This document shows positions 11,962 through 25,261 of a stretch of 64,000 nt of DNA, piece after piece. Positions within the stretch are counted from its first letter, which is position 1, and each line of letters opens with the position of its first letter. The notes under the pieces are model-generated. The model was not told the DNA's origin. It did no database searches and saw only the letters and a list, made by a program, of their open reading frames with translations. Source of the stretch: Hypanus sabinus (taxonomy: Eukaryota); NCBI RefSeq assembly GCF_030144855.1, contig NC_082708.1, positions 67,704,001-67,768,000 of the forward strand, written 5' to 3'. Both the position numbers and the translations under genes were made by a program.

Positions 11962-13560
11962 AGGCTGGCGAGAGCTTTCTGGGAACATTGTCCGTGCACC
12001 CCATGTTTCGAGCTGCTTTTGAGGATGTGCATGGCTGCACTGGGCTGGATATTGATCTTAGATAACGGACTGTGTGGTTTACCCAGTCAAAGCCAGTGGT
12101 GGTACGGCCCAGGGGAGTAGTGAGAGTGATGAAGACACCCAAATTTCCCAGAGTGCCTGAGGGTGAGGCCCTCTTGGTGGACCCTCCGGAAGATCATGGA
12201 CGCTTCAGGGAGTTGGGATTTCCTGCTGGGGTACTGCTGAGGCGCGAATTGCAAAAGCCCTCAGTTGTGCAGGCGAGCAGGATGGCAGTGATCGTCAGGA
12301 ACACTACGAAGAGGGAGGTCACCTTCAATTGGGGGATGTCCCAGCGCATCCGTTCCCAGTGACAGTAATGTCTAGTAGCCAGGGAGAAATTATTGGGAAA
12401 AGGGGGAAGTTGACTGCTGAGTCATTCAACTTCGGGGACTCCCCAGTGCCTGCGGGTTGGAAGAGGAGGTTGGCAGAGAAGACGTTGAAGCTGGAAAGTC
12501 TCTTTTCCGCTGACGAGTTTCATGTGGATTGTTCCAAGAGCACTCGTCACACTATCTGGGTGACCGAGGACACCCCGTTAGAGAGAGGTCACGGCGACTG
12601 GCCCCTGCAGAGGTGCAAGACGTTCGGCAGCATATGGGTAAGTTGAAGAAAGCTGGGATCATCACTGAGTACCGAAGCCCCTATGCGTCCCCAGTAGTAG
12701 TGGCTCAGAAGAAGAATGGAAACGTATGGATGTGTGTGGATTATAAGATTCTGTACAGGTGCACCGTCTCTGACCAGTATCCAGTCCTGGGGATCGAAGA
12801 CACTCTGGCCTGTCTGAATGGTGTGAAGTGGTTCAGTGTACTGGACTTGAGGAGAGGATATTACCAGATATTACCAGGATACCAGGATATTACCCCCATG
12901 AGTGAGGCCGACAAAGAAAAGACAGTATTTATATGTCCCCTGGGATTGTTCCAGTTCAAAAGGATACCCAGGGCATATCGGGAGCCCCTGCAACCTTCCA
13001 GTGGGTCATGGAGAAGACGGTGGGGGATTTGAACTTCTTCCGATAATGTATTGGTGTATCTGGATGATCGCATAGTGTTTGAATCCACCTTAGAAGAACA
13101 TGAAGCAAGACCACTGAAGGTGCTGGGCTGCCTAAAAGCTGAAGGGTTAAAACTTTCCCTGGACAAGTGCCAGTTCTACAAAACATCTGTTAGCTACATT
13201 GGACACATTGTCTCAAGTGATGGAGCAGCTATGATCCAGCTAAGATAGAGGCAGTGATCACTTGGCCAAGACCCCAGGTAGACCAGAAGTATCACCAGTA
13301 ATGTCGGAACCTGAAGAGTTAGGTGAGGGGGAACAGAGGGGGAAGAGTTAGGTGAGGGGGAACAGAGGGGGAAGAGTTAGGAGACCACCGGATAGACTGG
13401 CCTATGTAGCATCAGGGCTAGAGTATGATCCCTACCATTTTAGGGACCTATATCACTGCCTCTTACACCTGGGTTGGACTTTGTGTTTTGCAGGAAGGGT
13501 TGGTAAATTATCTCAAAGTCATGAGGACATGACTAAAGTTGGTGGGGGGGGGGGGAAGAG
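11961..13560 (+). mobile_element. Ty3/Gypsy pol half (PR-RT linker and RT; RNase H and integrase deleted)
   Basis: GIITEYRSPYASPVVVAQKKNGNVWMCVDYK, WFSVLDLRRGYYQI, DKEKTVFICPLGLFQF, LVYLDD; jumps at ~13280 to the terminal RVRRPPDRLAY; polypurine tract at ~13541-13560 abuts the LTR. Confidence 0.92.
13313..13381 (+). repeat. 29-bp G-rich tandem repeat (about 2.4 copies)
   Basis: gaagagttaggtgagggggaacagagggg repeated exactly. Confidence 0.85.
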
Positions 13561-14118
13561 TGTAACATGCTGTAAGGTTTCACTGCTAATGTAATGGTTT
13601 CTCTGTAGCAGCAATGTTTGGGTTATCACTAGAGATAATGGGGGTTTGGCATGTGTGCCATCCAATGAGAGGCATCTTGTTTTTTCTTGTGGGTCTGACA
13701 GCAGGGATTTTGTGGCCTTTTGTTGGTGAGATATGAAGAGAGAAGACACAAATGCAAAGAGTTGTTAGACTAGTGGACAGAATGGACTCAGAGCAAGGGT
13801 CCGACGGTCAGCAACGCTCGGTGGAGGACGTCAATGGATGGCTGGAACCATGAGCTCCAATGTGCACATCAGACATTTTATTAAAATGGGCCCTTTTTCT
13901 TTTTATTTTCTTTACTAACCCTATACTGTATTCAGATTAAGATTTATAAAGTTCAATCGTTTAATTGCATATGGTGCACTGTCTGATATTTTGCCGTTTG
14001 GATTTGTAACCGGGCAACACATCATGCATCATCCACACAAACAAGATTTCTCCGTTTGACTGGGCCAGAGGCTGTCTTCCCCTAGATAACTGCATCCTGG
14101 CCAAACCTGAGGGTTACA
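13561..14118 (+). mobile_element. 3' LTR (558 bp) of the split Gypsy element
   Basis: TGTAAC...GTTACA ends, preceded by a PPT; aligns along its length with the reverse complement of 19613-20160. Confidence 0.93.
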
Positions 14119-16759
14119 TCACTAAACAACACTTCCTGCTCCTAGTCTTCAAGTGTGGGCAGTTCTGGAGTTTGACAAAGCTGCATTGTGCTTGCTGGAG
14201 GCTGCACACAGTTGGAGTATCACATAGTGGAGATCCAACTGGCTTTCCTTGAATCAGAGAGCAGAAGCTAATGATGAGAATAGCTGTGGATTGAACATGG
14301 TTGTAATAATTCCTGTGAAAAGCATAAAGGGTACAACAAAGAGTCAGGGAAGGTGTGGAAGAGCCAAGACCAACTGACAAACACACAATGGCACATTCTA
14401 ACGACTTACCTAATCTCATTCAAAATTGCGTGGCAAACCCATTCCTTCCTCTCACCAAGCCCTTGAATTAAATAAGGGATTGGGCTCTATGGATATTATA
14501 TCAACTTAACTTCCTGTGGGTGTCCGCATATTTGCTCAAAACAGCAGGTTATATGGGAGGATTCATTGTTGTCCACTACTTTTTCTGCTGCCCTGACAAA
14601 TCAGGATAATTGCTGATGCAAGGTCTGGACTCAAAACATCTATTGCTCCTTCCCACATCTCCTCCCCACCCCCTAGATGTCACCTGACATACTAATTGTT
14701 GCTCCATGAGAAGTTAATGGTGATTTCAGTTTTACCTATTTGTTTCTTGGCTGTGTCTCTTATAAATCTGAAAATATAAATTGCAAGTGGAATAAAATGT
14801 AGCTGGTAAGTTTCACTAAACAAACTTTTTAAATGGTAAATAACATCTGGACTGAAATACCATCCTTGGGAAAGTTTAAGGAACTTCCCGTGCTTTCAAA
14901 GGAAAGCAAAAAGCAAAGGAGCACATTTTTATATTGATTTGCATAACCGTTAGGCAGGAAAAATGGAAGAGGCTTCCAGAGTGGCATTTAATCATTTTCC
15001 ATCTGGATGTTAACAAAGTCACAAAAATGGTAACCACAAGGCCAGACTTTGGGATGAGTCTGAAACACAATGAAAATGTTTGAAATTTTTTTAAAAATAC
15101 CAAATGCTCACATTATTGTGAACTATTCCATTAGTTCAATTTGTTTTGCTTCATACTTTATTGTAGACATTAGAAATATGGTTAACAGATAAAATAGTAA
15201 CTAAAACGAAGAGCAACTTGTATAAAGCTAGAAAAGGTAAGTGGGAATGGTGAATAACCATTCTTTCCTAAGAGCATGAGTGACTGCTCTTGCTCATCAA
15301 TAGATGACAAACTGCAAGGCGTTTATGATTCTCCTGCTCCTGCAGTGAAGGTAAAAGGTTATTGTCACAGCATCTTGAATGTGACTTACACTTTAGTCTG
15401 ATTCTCAACATAATATAAAAGTTCACAGCAAAACTGCGTAAAGACATAGAATGATAGAGTCATACAGCTCAGAGATAGGCCCTTTGGCCTACCATGTCTA
15501 CACCAAGCCTAAAATAGTTAACTATACTATTCTTATTTACTAGTTTGGAAAACATGTATTGAAATGTAAAGAAAATAATAGATGTGTTATTAAGCATGTA
15601 TCTACCAAAATTCATAAAAAAAAGCATCTGGTACAATAATGCCTTGAAGTGGAAGGAATCTGACATCCTTAATCAAACTGGCCAACTTGTGATACAGGAC
15701 TAAATAATTTTGGCTTTAACTAAAACGGCTTGACATTCTGTTGTCTCAAAAGCAATGAATTGAGATACAGTAAGTATAAATTGGGATGAAGCATTCAGCC
15801 TAGGTACCAGATTAGTACTTCAGAAAGCACTTCACTTATCCTTAATAAAAGCTCACCTCACAAACATTTGGAATTGGTGTCTAATCTGGGGAAAGAGTCC
15901 CAAAGACTTATTAATCAGAAGATTGACATACTGATACAATCATATAAAAAATTCAGACTTATACTCTTTAAACGCTATTATTTTTTCTTATTAATGTTAA
16001 TTACTTATAAACCATTTAACTACAAATTCCATTCCACTATACTTCCACTCGAAACAATTTGCCATTATTAATGGTATCACTGTAATCCGTGTATTGTAGC
16101 CCAATTCTAACCAAACCAGTTGGCAACCCCCACAGATTTGTTATATTTGTATGATGCAACTTTGGCTCCGATAATAATTGTTCCAAAGTTGAAGATATGT
16201 ATTCAATCATTTATTAGCAATTGAGAAACATACATCTTGAAGTGATGAAATTTAAGCATTTTAAGTGTAATTGAGAGGTCAACAAAAGATATGGCATCCA
16301 TTGATACCCCAGCTGCAAACTGCCACAAACAAAGCACAAAGGCATAACTTATTCCCTTCTCTTTTACCACAACCCCATTCATGTGACTAGATACCATAAT
16401 GAACATAATAAACACACACAACAGAATACAATTCAGATACAGAATTGATGTATGGCTCATACATTCCAACTCTCTAATGATTATACTATAATAATTATAA
16501 CTACATGCTACCAAGACACAGGAGACCTGAAATTGCAACATTCACACTAATGTTCTGTTTTTGGTAGGTAGTCTAACCTGGATTGTGACCTTCTCCTGAC
16601 AAACATGTTTGTTTCTTTTGACTGCATTCAGGGAAATCTGTCTTGAATGCTTGCTGCTAAAGCTTATTCAAGTGCAAACTGAAATCCTGTTAACTGTCAG
16701 CTCTGGCCTAGTGTTGTCTCTTCCACCAGCACAGATTCTTTTCAATGGTCAATTAACAG

Positions 16760-17778
16760 AGTCAGAATTAGGTTTATTATCACCGGCATGTGATAAGAAA
16801 TTTACTAACTTAGCAGCAGCATTTCAAAGCAATACATAATATAGAAAAAAAACAAAATAAAATAATAATAAATAACAGTATACATATATTGAATAGATTA
16901 AAAATCATGCAAAAACAGAAATACTGTATATTAAAAAAAGTGAGGTAGTTCCAAGGGTTCAATGTCTATTTAGGAATTGGATGGCAGAGGGGAAGAAGCT
17001 GTTTCTGAATCACTGAGTGTGTGTCTTCAGGCTTCTGTACCTCCTACCTGATGGTAACAGTGAGGAAAGGGCATACCCGGGTGTTGGAGGTCCTTAACAA
17101 TGGATGCAGCCTTTCTGAGACACACCACCCCCTTGAAGATGTCCTGGGTAGTTTGTAGGCTAGATTTACAACCCTCTGCAGCTTCTTTCAGTCCAGTGCA
17201 GTAGCCCGCTCCTCCCCCCACCCATACCAGATAGTGATGCAGCCTGTCAGAATGCTCTCCATGGTATGTCTACAGAAGCTTTTATGTGTATTTGTTGACA
17301 TACCAAATCTCCTGAACTCCTGATGAAGTATAGCCGCTGTCTTGCCTTCTTGCCATCTGGGAAAAGGCTCCGAAGCACTTGGGCTCTCACGACCAGACTA
17401 TGTAACAGTTTCTTCCCCCAAGCTATCAGACTCCTCAATACCCGAAGCCTGGACTGACACCTTGCCCTACTGTCCTGTTTATTATTTATTGTAATGCCTG
17501 CACTGTTTTTGTGCACTTTATGCAGTCCAGTGTAGGTCTGTAGTCTAGTGTAGCTTTCTGTATTTTTTTATTACTTGGTTCAGTCTAGTTTTTTGTACTG
17601 TGTCATGCAACACCATGGTCCTGAAAAATCATTGTCTCATTTTTACTATGCACTGTACCAGCAGTTATGGTCGAACTGACAATAAAAGTTGACTTGACTT
17701 GACTTAATAACTGCATTGATATGTTGGGACCACATTAGATCCTCAGAGATCTTGACACCCAGGAACTTGAAACTGCTC
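16760..17778 (-). mobile_element. Rex1-like LINE 3' part (continuation of 11362-11879), with an oppositely oriented Rex-type 3' fragment at ~17351-17704
   Basis: Reverse complement starts gagcagtttcaagttcctgggtgtcaagatctctgaggat (FKFLGV..SED), continues KKARQRLYFIR, ESILTGCI, RKAASIVKD, and ends in an aataaacc-tail; the inner plus-strand piece ends in (gactt)n. Confidence 0.88.
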
Positions 17779-19612
17779 CTTGCAGGCCCCCATGAGCCTA
17801 CTCACAAGAGGGGTGTTGGTCCCCACCAGAATTGAAATGCTGCCCTTCTCAACGGGGTCCAGACAAACCAGCACTAATGTATCAAGGACTTCAGCCGCTC
17901 CTGCATCAGACTCCGAAAACTCCAGCTTCACTGACAAATAACCATTATATGGATAATCACCAGCACTGAGACCCCAGATCTCCAGTGCACTGAATGTGAT
18001 CAAAGGTAAATACTTCCAATACTGGTTGTAAAATGAACGGTAAAACAACGTGACCTGCGAAACCCAGTGTCGAGGATGGCTTTAGCATAAACACCCTCTA
18101 TCTGTAGCGACACACTGGAGCATGGTCCCACTAAGCCTTCAGGAATTGGGCCTTTCACTTTTGGGAGTTCCTTGGCATATTGCTGGGAATGTGTTCCCAC
18201 AAAGACACCAGGCTGTTCCTCACTGTGTCTCCGCTAAGCTTTCCCAATGACTTACTCTGCTTAGGTACCTGGGGGCTCACTCTCCTTCCCGCATGACACC
18301 TGCTGCCAGCATCCCTTCGCATTGTTCATCCCCTTGGGGAATCCGCTCCCCCCCCATCAGCTCCATCATATGAGGGAGTCACACCGGCTGATAACGGCCG
18401 ACATATCTCTGTTCTCAACTCTGCCACAATCTCCTCTACCGCTCCCTAGGGTAGGCTATCTGTGGTCACTTCATGGCAGGGGACTATGACCCACTTCTGT
18501 ACCTCTCTGATTAGCTCAACAAAAGAGGGAGGGGGCACGTCTTACGGGACTGTCAGAGACCCCAAGCAATCAGGTCCTGGGACTGGGCACCCTTGGCTAT
18601 CTGGTCCATTCTTAACTGATCCACCTCAGCCTCCTGAATGAATCCTCTGCACCACAAGCAATTTAGCTGCCTCTCTAGCCAAAAAATGTAAGCAGAAAGC
18701 TGCTCCCCCTTCTCCTGACGCACGTTCTGAAACCATGCCAGGAGCTCCTGTCATAGCAAAAGCGCTCTCCAATGCACCCAGATAATCGGCAATGTTAGCT
18801 AAAGGTTGGCATGTTTTCACAGCTCTCACCACATCAGCGGCCCACCCGCTCAAACTCTCAACCAATGACTGTCACTTAACGTCATCAGAGCACTGCCACT
18901 CATCTTACAACTGAGCGGTCTGCTCCCAAGTCTCATACTCCTCTTCCCCTTTAGGGGCAGGCGTTATTCCAGAGAATAGGTAGAGTCTACCATAGCTGGG
19001 ACATTGAACCTGGGCATTTTTCTATTTATTTGTCAAATAGGTAAGGGCAGATTCTACTTCAGAATTCTCACTCTTCACTGGGGAAACAGGGACTAATTAG
19101 ACACTCCAAATCTGACCACTCCTTCCCCTCACTCCTCAAATGATAGAACCCTGCATTGAAGTCTCCACCCCCAGCTACAGGAAACTCAACTTGTGACTTG
19201 GCCCACACTGCTACACTCCCCTCCTCCCTGACAGAATGGACAAGCCATGGACCCACCTCACCTGGGGCACCAATAGAAGCAGGCAGTCCCACCACCGTTA
19301 TGTCAGCACTAGTCTGAACTAAAACAAGGTCTGAGCCCGCCATGTTTTCAAATCTCCACACTACAACTGTAACTTTGCCAACAGCTTTAACAGTACTTTC
19401 ACAAAAATCGAATTAACAATTCATCCGGGGAACAAGTATCCACCCTACTCAACACGCATGCATTAGTTACCGGTAACCCCATGGAGGCACAGCACTGCTC
19501 CACCCCAACAGTATCCATACCAGCACAGTCTTAAGCCCACAACCCACTGGTTCAATGCTCAAGGCAATCACACAGCATCTAACGGAATCAATTTCGGACA
19601 AGCCCCCATAAT
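17779..19612 (-). mobile_element. Ty3/Gypsy gag (PNMA-like) and protease half
   Basis: FSGITPAPKGEEEYETW, LVESLSGWAADVVRAVK..ADYLGALESAF (PNMA-type capsid); IPEGLVGPCSSVSLQIEGVYAKAILDTG (aspartic protease); ILVGTNTPLVSRLMGACKE at the break. Confidence 0.9.
19591..19608 (-). promoter_or_regulatory. tRNA-Pro primer-binding site
   Basis: Reverse complement TGGGGGCTTGTCCGAAAT vs canonical tRNA-Pro PBS TGGGGGCTCGTCCGGGAT, 4 nt downstream of the 5' LTR. Confidence 0.85.
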
Positions 19613-20160
19613 TGTGACCCTCAGGTTCAGCCAGCCTGTGTTTGTCTAGGAGAAGACAGCCTCTGGCCCAGCCAAACTGAGAAATCTCGTTTATGTGAAT
19701 ACTGCATGATGTGTCACCCAGTTACAAATCTGAACTGCAAAATATCGGACAATATACCATATGAAATTAAACAATTGAACTTTATAAATCTTAATCTGAC
19801 TATAGGGTTAGTAAAGAAAATAAAAAGAAAAAAGGCCCATTTTAATGAAACAGTCTAATGTGCACAATGGAGCTCACGATTCTGTCCATTCGTTTCCCAT
19901 TGACCTCCTCCGAGCATCGCTGACCATTGGACCCTTGCTTCGAGTCCACTCTGTCCGCCAGTCTACCAACTCTTTCCATTCGCGTCTTCTCTCTTCATCT
20001 CTCACTGACAAAATCCCTGCTCTGAGACCCACAAGAAAGAACAACGTGCCTCTCATTGGATGGTGCACATTCCAAACACCCATTATCTCTAGACATAAGC
20101 CAAACACTGCTGCTAGAAAGACACCATTACTTTAGCTGTGAAACCTTACAGTGTGTTATG
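19613..20160 (-). mobile_element. 5' LTR of the split Gypsy element
   Basis: Inverted homolog of 13561-14118, followed by PBS and gag. Confidence 0.92.
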
Positions 20161-20516
20161 GTTAGGGTCTTGTTTCATGACAAGTTCAGGATTTCCATGA
20201 AACTAGGCATCAGCAATTCCTACTGTGGCTACCACTGAAAGGAGTGGTGCTGCAGGTGAGAGGGAAAACACTGACAGATTTATACAAATTAATTTTGAGA
20301 TGAAGATGCTTAAAATAAATGGGAGGCAGAATTTCTGTGTTCTCAGGGACAAGAATACCCATGCATTGCCATCATTACAAGACACAGGCAAGATGTGGCC
20401 TGAATTGTATCTCATTGTCTCCTCCAGGGATGATAATCCATGGCTAATGGGGCAATAGTGAAATAACTTGCATGACCTCATGCAATTTGGCAAAGTAAGC
20501 TGCTCACTGCATAAAT

Positions 20517-20560
20517 ACACGTGTGCGCACACACACAAACATACACATGCACCCACACAT
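20517..20560. repeat. Imperfect (CA)n microsatellite
   Basis: acacgtgtgcgcacacacacaaacatacacatgcacccacacat. Confidence 0.6.
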
Positions 20561-22738
20561 TGCCAATTGCACTCAGAATTAATCACATACACTGTTGGTC
20601 CATTGACCTCTTCCAGTTGACCAGTCCTGTGCTCAAACTCAATCCAACATTGGCATTCTACTTCCTCCATCTCAGCGCAGAAGTCAAATGTGCAGAGAGA
20701 AAACAATTAAAAGTTTGCTCAATATCTTTGGAGAATAGAGTGAGGTAAATGTTGGAAGCACCACTTGCTTACAGGGGTGGGTTGGAAGAGACGGTGTTTA
20801 GGGAGGGAGTGTGGGTGGTCTAGGCTAGAGGAGACCACCCTCTTCTTCAGGTAGGCAAAAACTGCCAGCTATGCTCTCTGACAATGCTTTATTCCGATCA
20901 CCACATTCCCTTTGATTTGATCAGCAATAGGCATCTTCATCACCTTTCATACTGCTGCATCACCATTAGGTCAAATTCAACGTTGAGCGCATGGTCATAT
21001 TTAAAAGTACGTACATGCACTAGTGCAATGAATAACTTGCTAGCAGCAGCATCACAGGCTTGAAGCTGCTCTATTCGGAACAGTGCTCCTGCTGTCCAGT
21101 CACAGAGAGCATGCTTTTAATAGCCAGAGCCCTTCCTAAATAGGTACAGATTATAATGATGGAAATTATTTTCATTTGGGTCTAGTCACATCAGAAGACA
21201 TGCAGATTCTGCTTTACCATATACTTCTGAGTGCTAACTCCCCTGACATTTTTCTGAATCTCATTTTGTGCATTATTTTTACCATAAATCTAAATTATTG
21301 TATAATAGCTAATTCAACATGGAAGATATTTTCCCCATCAAACCAAAACCGGAATTTCCACCCCAAGCATTTTTTTTTTGTTGTTTTAGATTCTATATGG
21401 TTGTGATACAGACAAATGCATCATCAGTGTTGCCATCTGCTTAAATGTCACCGCAGTCAAAGCTCCATTCTGGCAACCTGAAAATCTAAACCAAGCTATC
21501 ATTCTGTGTATCAGTCAGAATATTATTGTACGTTTACACACTGTGGGGCCTTAATGCACATTGGCTGCTGTACTTCTCCATATTAGAACAGAGAAAGTAC
21601 ATCTAAGCTGAAATGTCTGTGACTTATGAACATATGACTTGTAAAGGAAGAAAAAAATTGAAAAAGCTTATCAAATCTCAACAAAATCCTTACAAAGCCT
21701 TGTGTGGTATGGTTTCAGCATGATTCCAAATTTTTTCCAATAATAACTGTAAAGCTCCAACATGGTAAACTGATCTACCATCTGAATTATTTAATGAACT
21801 GTCAAACTGGCAAGGTATTTATAACTTGGGTTCTGTCTGAAATTGGTAGGCATAATGATCAATAGTGGTGAGAACGAGTCTAATAGAAGTTACTATATAA
21901 ATGCAAGGATCTGTCTCAGCTCAGCAATAAAATTTTCTTTTATCATTGGTTGAGCAAAATTGCCTTTCTTTGATTTGTGGTTTGGAACAATTTATATTCT
22001 CTTAAATTATTGGGACATATAGATATGATTCCCAAAGCACTTTGTAGCCAATAAAAGTACTCAAGAAGTGTAGATAACATTGCAGTGTCAAAAATGCCAT
22101 CTACTCTGTTCAAAAAAGTCCCTTAAACACTATTGAAATAAAGGACCTAATTGCCCATTTTTCTGTGTTTTTTAAAATTTTTTCCATAATGCCAAAAGAA
22201 CTATTCTGCTCTTCTTTGTATAATACCATAGAGCCAATTATCTCCAGACACTATTTCAAAACCTATCATCGCTTCTGGAAGTCAACATTCTTGGCAATGT
22301 ATTCTTCCAATGAACAGTGCTGGTGCCTGTTTAAAATAGTTAAAGGTGCGGCTAAGTACCTCTAGAGTTCTGAGATTTTGTGCAGGAAGAGAAGTTCCAG
22401 AGTAGAAGTTTGTCTTGCACGATATGTATGAAAGCATCTCTTTAATGAACTGAACTTTGAATTTGGTTTCATTGAAGTGAATGTACTGCTAGTGTCATAT
22501 ATAAATACCATTGAAGTCAATGTACCATGTAGTGTCATGATAGTACAAGGCAAACTTCTGTCACATTAATTTTTGTTCTTCTTCCACTGAGCTTATATAA
22601 GGGTCTCCTCCCCCAAAATTCCATCCTAGAAAACGTTACTTATGGTTAACCAAGTATTGAATCTCACAGCAAGAAATGATGCTGGGTGTCAGTGGCAAGG
22701 CCATGTTTATTTTCCCTGACTAGTTATACATAAACTAT

Positions 22739-23050
22739 GGGGGTGGCACGGTAACCTAGCAATTAGCATAGTGCTACTGCAGTGTCAGTGATCACTGATC
22801 ATGGTTTAATTCCCACTGCTGCCTGTAAGGATTTCCGTGACCAGGTGTGTTTCCTCTGGGTGCTCTGGTTTCCTCCCACATTCCAAGGACATATAGTTAT
22901 GGTTAGTGAGCTGTGGGATTTCTATACTGGCACTGGAAGGATGGTGACAATTGTGGGCTGCCCAGCACAATCTTCACTGAGTTGATTTGACACAAAGAAT
23001 GGATTTCATTTTATGTTTCAATATATATGTGACAAATAGAGCTCATCTCT
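22739..23050 (+). mobile_element. tRNA-derived V-SINE (HE1-like)
   Basis: tRNA-like head (ggggtggcacggt..ggtttaattccc) and V-domain core ttcctctgggtgctctggtttcctcccaca; LINE-like tail tgtgacaaatagagct. Confidence 0.8.
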
Positions 23051-24648
23051 CCTTTAAAAATTAGAAGTAAGAAATTCCTTGAACTGCTGCAATCCAGATG
23101 TAATTCTGAGCTGCAATTCAGTTCAGATGTTAAGAGCACATGGGATGGGGTTTGACTAGAATGGGCAAGGACAACAGGTATCCTTCCCTTGAGGTTCTTA
23201 GTAAACCACTGGGCCTTTTACATCATAGTCTCTTTTTACAGATTGCTGTTTAGTAATGAATTTGAGACTTAATAAAGGAATCAAAAACTTAAAAAGCAGA
23301 GATGTATTTTTCATGTATGTGCTTTGGAGAAGTCTTTTGGATTAGTCGTCCAATAATACAGCCACTGCATGAGCACTGCATCATGTTATTAGAGCCTTAG
23401 CTCCATTGCTAATGGCACCATGACAAATCCAGATCCAGTCTGATAAATTTCACCTACAGAATGGAGAATTGCTGGATAGTTCAATTAAATTAGTGACCTG
23501 GGACTTTGTCATTAGTTTGATAATCTTGAATAAACTTGAATAATTTATGTCCTTTAGTAAATAGATGGTGTTTGCCAAGTCTCTTGGTTCCTTCTACTTG
23601 CATGAAATCTTTTTTTTAACTTCAGGACCAAACTTCTCACTTCATGCCTATCTCCTGCTCTCAGTACATCTGCATTATTCAATAGGTGTCAACTTGCTTT
23701 GGCATCACCCTTTCTGTTGTTCCTCTGTCTATCCATTACTGATAGAATGATTTCAGAATGCATTCACTGGAAAGTGATCAGTAGGAAATTATTATTGATA
23801 TGAAGAAGCATTTACTTTTTCAAGTTTGTTGATTAGTGATGCAGAGTTATTTATACATGAGCTCAGTTATTTCTTCTCCAATTTTTCATCAAAGAGCAAT
23901 TCAAAGGCTGATGCATTTGTAATTACTGTCAGTTTAAAAAATCTTCAGTTACTTCAAACCATGGAAAATTTAGAAGTGCAGAGAACAAGTTAGGTTGGAC
24001 TAAATGCAAATATTTTGTCCTAATATTTTTTGCTTCTGTGGCTATGAAACTCAGCTTGAAATTCCACTTTCATTTGCCATGATGAGTTAATTCCAAAATG
24101 ATATTCGGTACATGCTGGAACATTCGCATGGCAAGCCGGAAAAACCACATTATCAAAGGATTTGTGTGTTTTTGTGTGTGCAGCTAATGATGGAAGTAGT
24201 CAGGAAAGGCAGGATGTGATGTCATTCACCATGCATCACTGTCAATATTTGAACTCCTATTCTCAAAGCTCCCTCTCTTTATTTCACACCCTCTCTCTAT
24301 TTGGCACAACTGAACGCTCTCTCAGCAGCATCCCTTGGCACTATTTAAAGGATTGCTAGTTACTTTCCAGTTGGTTGCTGCTTGATTTGTACTACAATTC
24401 CACAAATGTTTTGTCTTTAGAGTTCAATAGCATTACTAGAAGTGGCATGGTGAATTAGGTGTTGAAATATTTTGGCCTGACCTCAATGTTTTGGATGAAG
24501 CATGGTGAATTGTAAGGCATTTGCCTGTGAAATGGGCCAACTTGGGAGACAAAAGCAAATAAAACAAAAACAGAATGCCACTGCCAGAGTGAGGTAGAGG
24601 AGAGAAGAGCAAGACACGTAGCAGGAAGCTATCTTTTCTCAGGGGTTC

Positions 24649-24890
24649 TGATGCACTATCAATTACTCCAAAAGACTGGAAGTAGAGTAAATACCGAAAG
24701 GCTTTTATTAATAGTAAAATGGATTCGCGTCCATGCTGTATGTCTGTCCTGGACAGTGGGAGGAGCAGTGACACAATCGCCTTTATTCAGGGGTCTGTGG
24801 GAGGAGCCACAGGAGCAGTCAGCAGATGGGCGTGTTCAGGCATGTTCAGACAGATAACCCAGTTACAACCTATATACATGGTTTACCAGA
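24649..24890 (-). mobile_element. Solo LTR (242 bp)
   Basis: Starts with TG on the plus strand, other end decayed (ccaga for ccaca); flanked by GGTTC/GGCTC (5-bp TSD, 1 mismatch); aataaa signals on the minus strand. Confidence 0.7.
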
Positions 24891-25261
24891 GGCTCAGGCA
24901 TCAATCCCCTCAACAACCTCAGTAGGAATAATATGTGAGAACATCTGTGCCTCAATATTATTTTCATTAAAATCTATCGCAAAGCAACCTCTTGGCAAGT
25001 TGTGGACTGTCTTGTTAGTACCTCTCACAGTCACTGTGACCAATAATCTCTAAGTATTATGTCTCAGACTGCAAATGAAAGCTTTTGCTTTATCCAATAG
25101 TGTATGGTAGATGTGCGGTTGTTCAAGCAATGTTATACGGTGCAGTCTATTTAGAGGGCAGAAGGTGGAGAAAACACATGGCTTAGCAAGGTTTGCAGCT
25201 TTTCCCAGTGGGTTTTATTACATGTACATCACTTTATAGAAACCTCATATTGAGATTGAAC

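Noticed and set aside
13313-13381. CRISPR-like 29-bp repeat
   Set aside because: Head-to-tail with no spacers, eukaryotic retroelement context, no cas genes
18626-19361. Domesticated PNMA gene
   Set aside because: Multiple stops and frameshifts; embedded in LTR-PBS-gag-PR context
13561-20160. DIRS-like or foldback element with long inverted terminal repeats
   Set aside because: The repeats are ordinary Gypsy LTRs (PPT, PBS, TG..CA); their inverted orientation is explained by the inversion
22739-22830. tRNA gene
   Set aside because: Degenerate tRNA-like head continues into the V-SINE core; no cloverleaf or terminator
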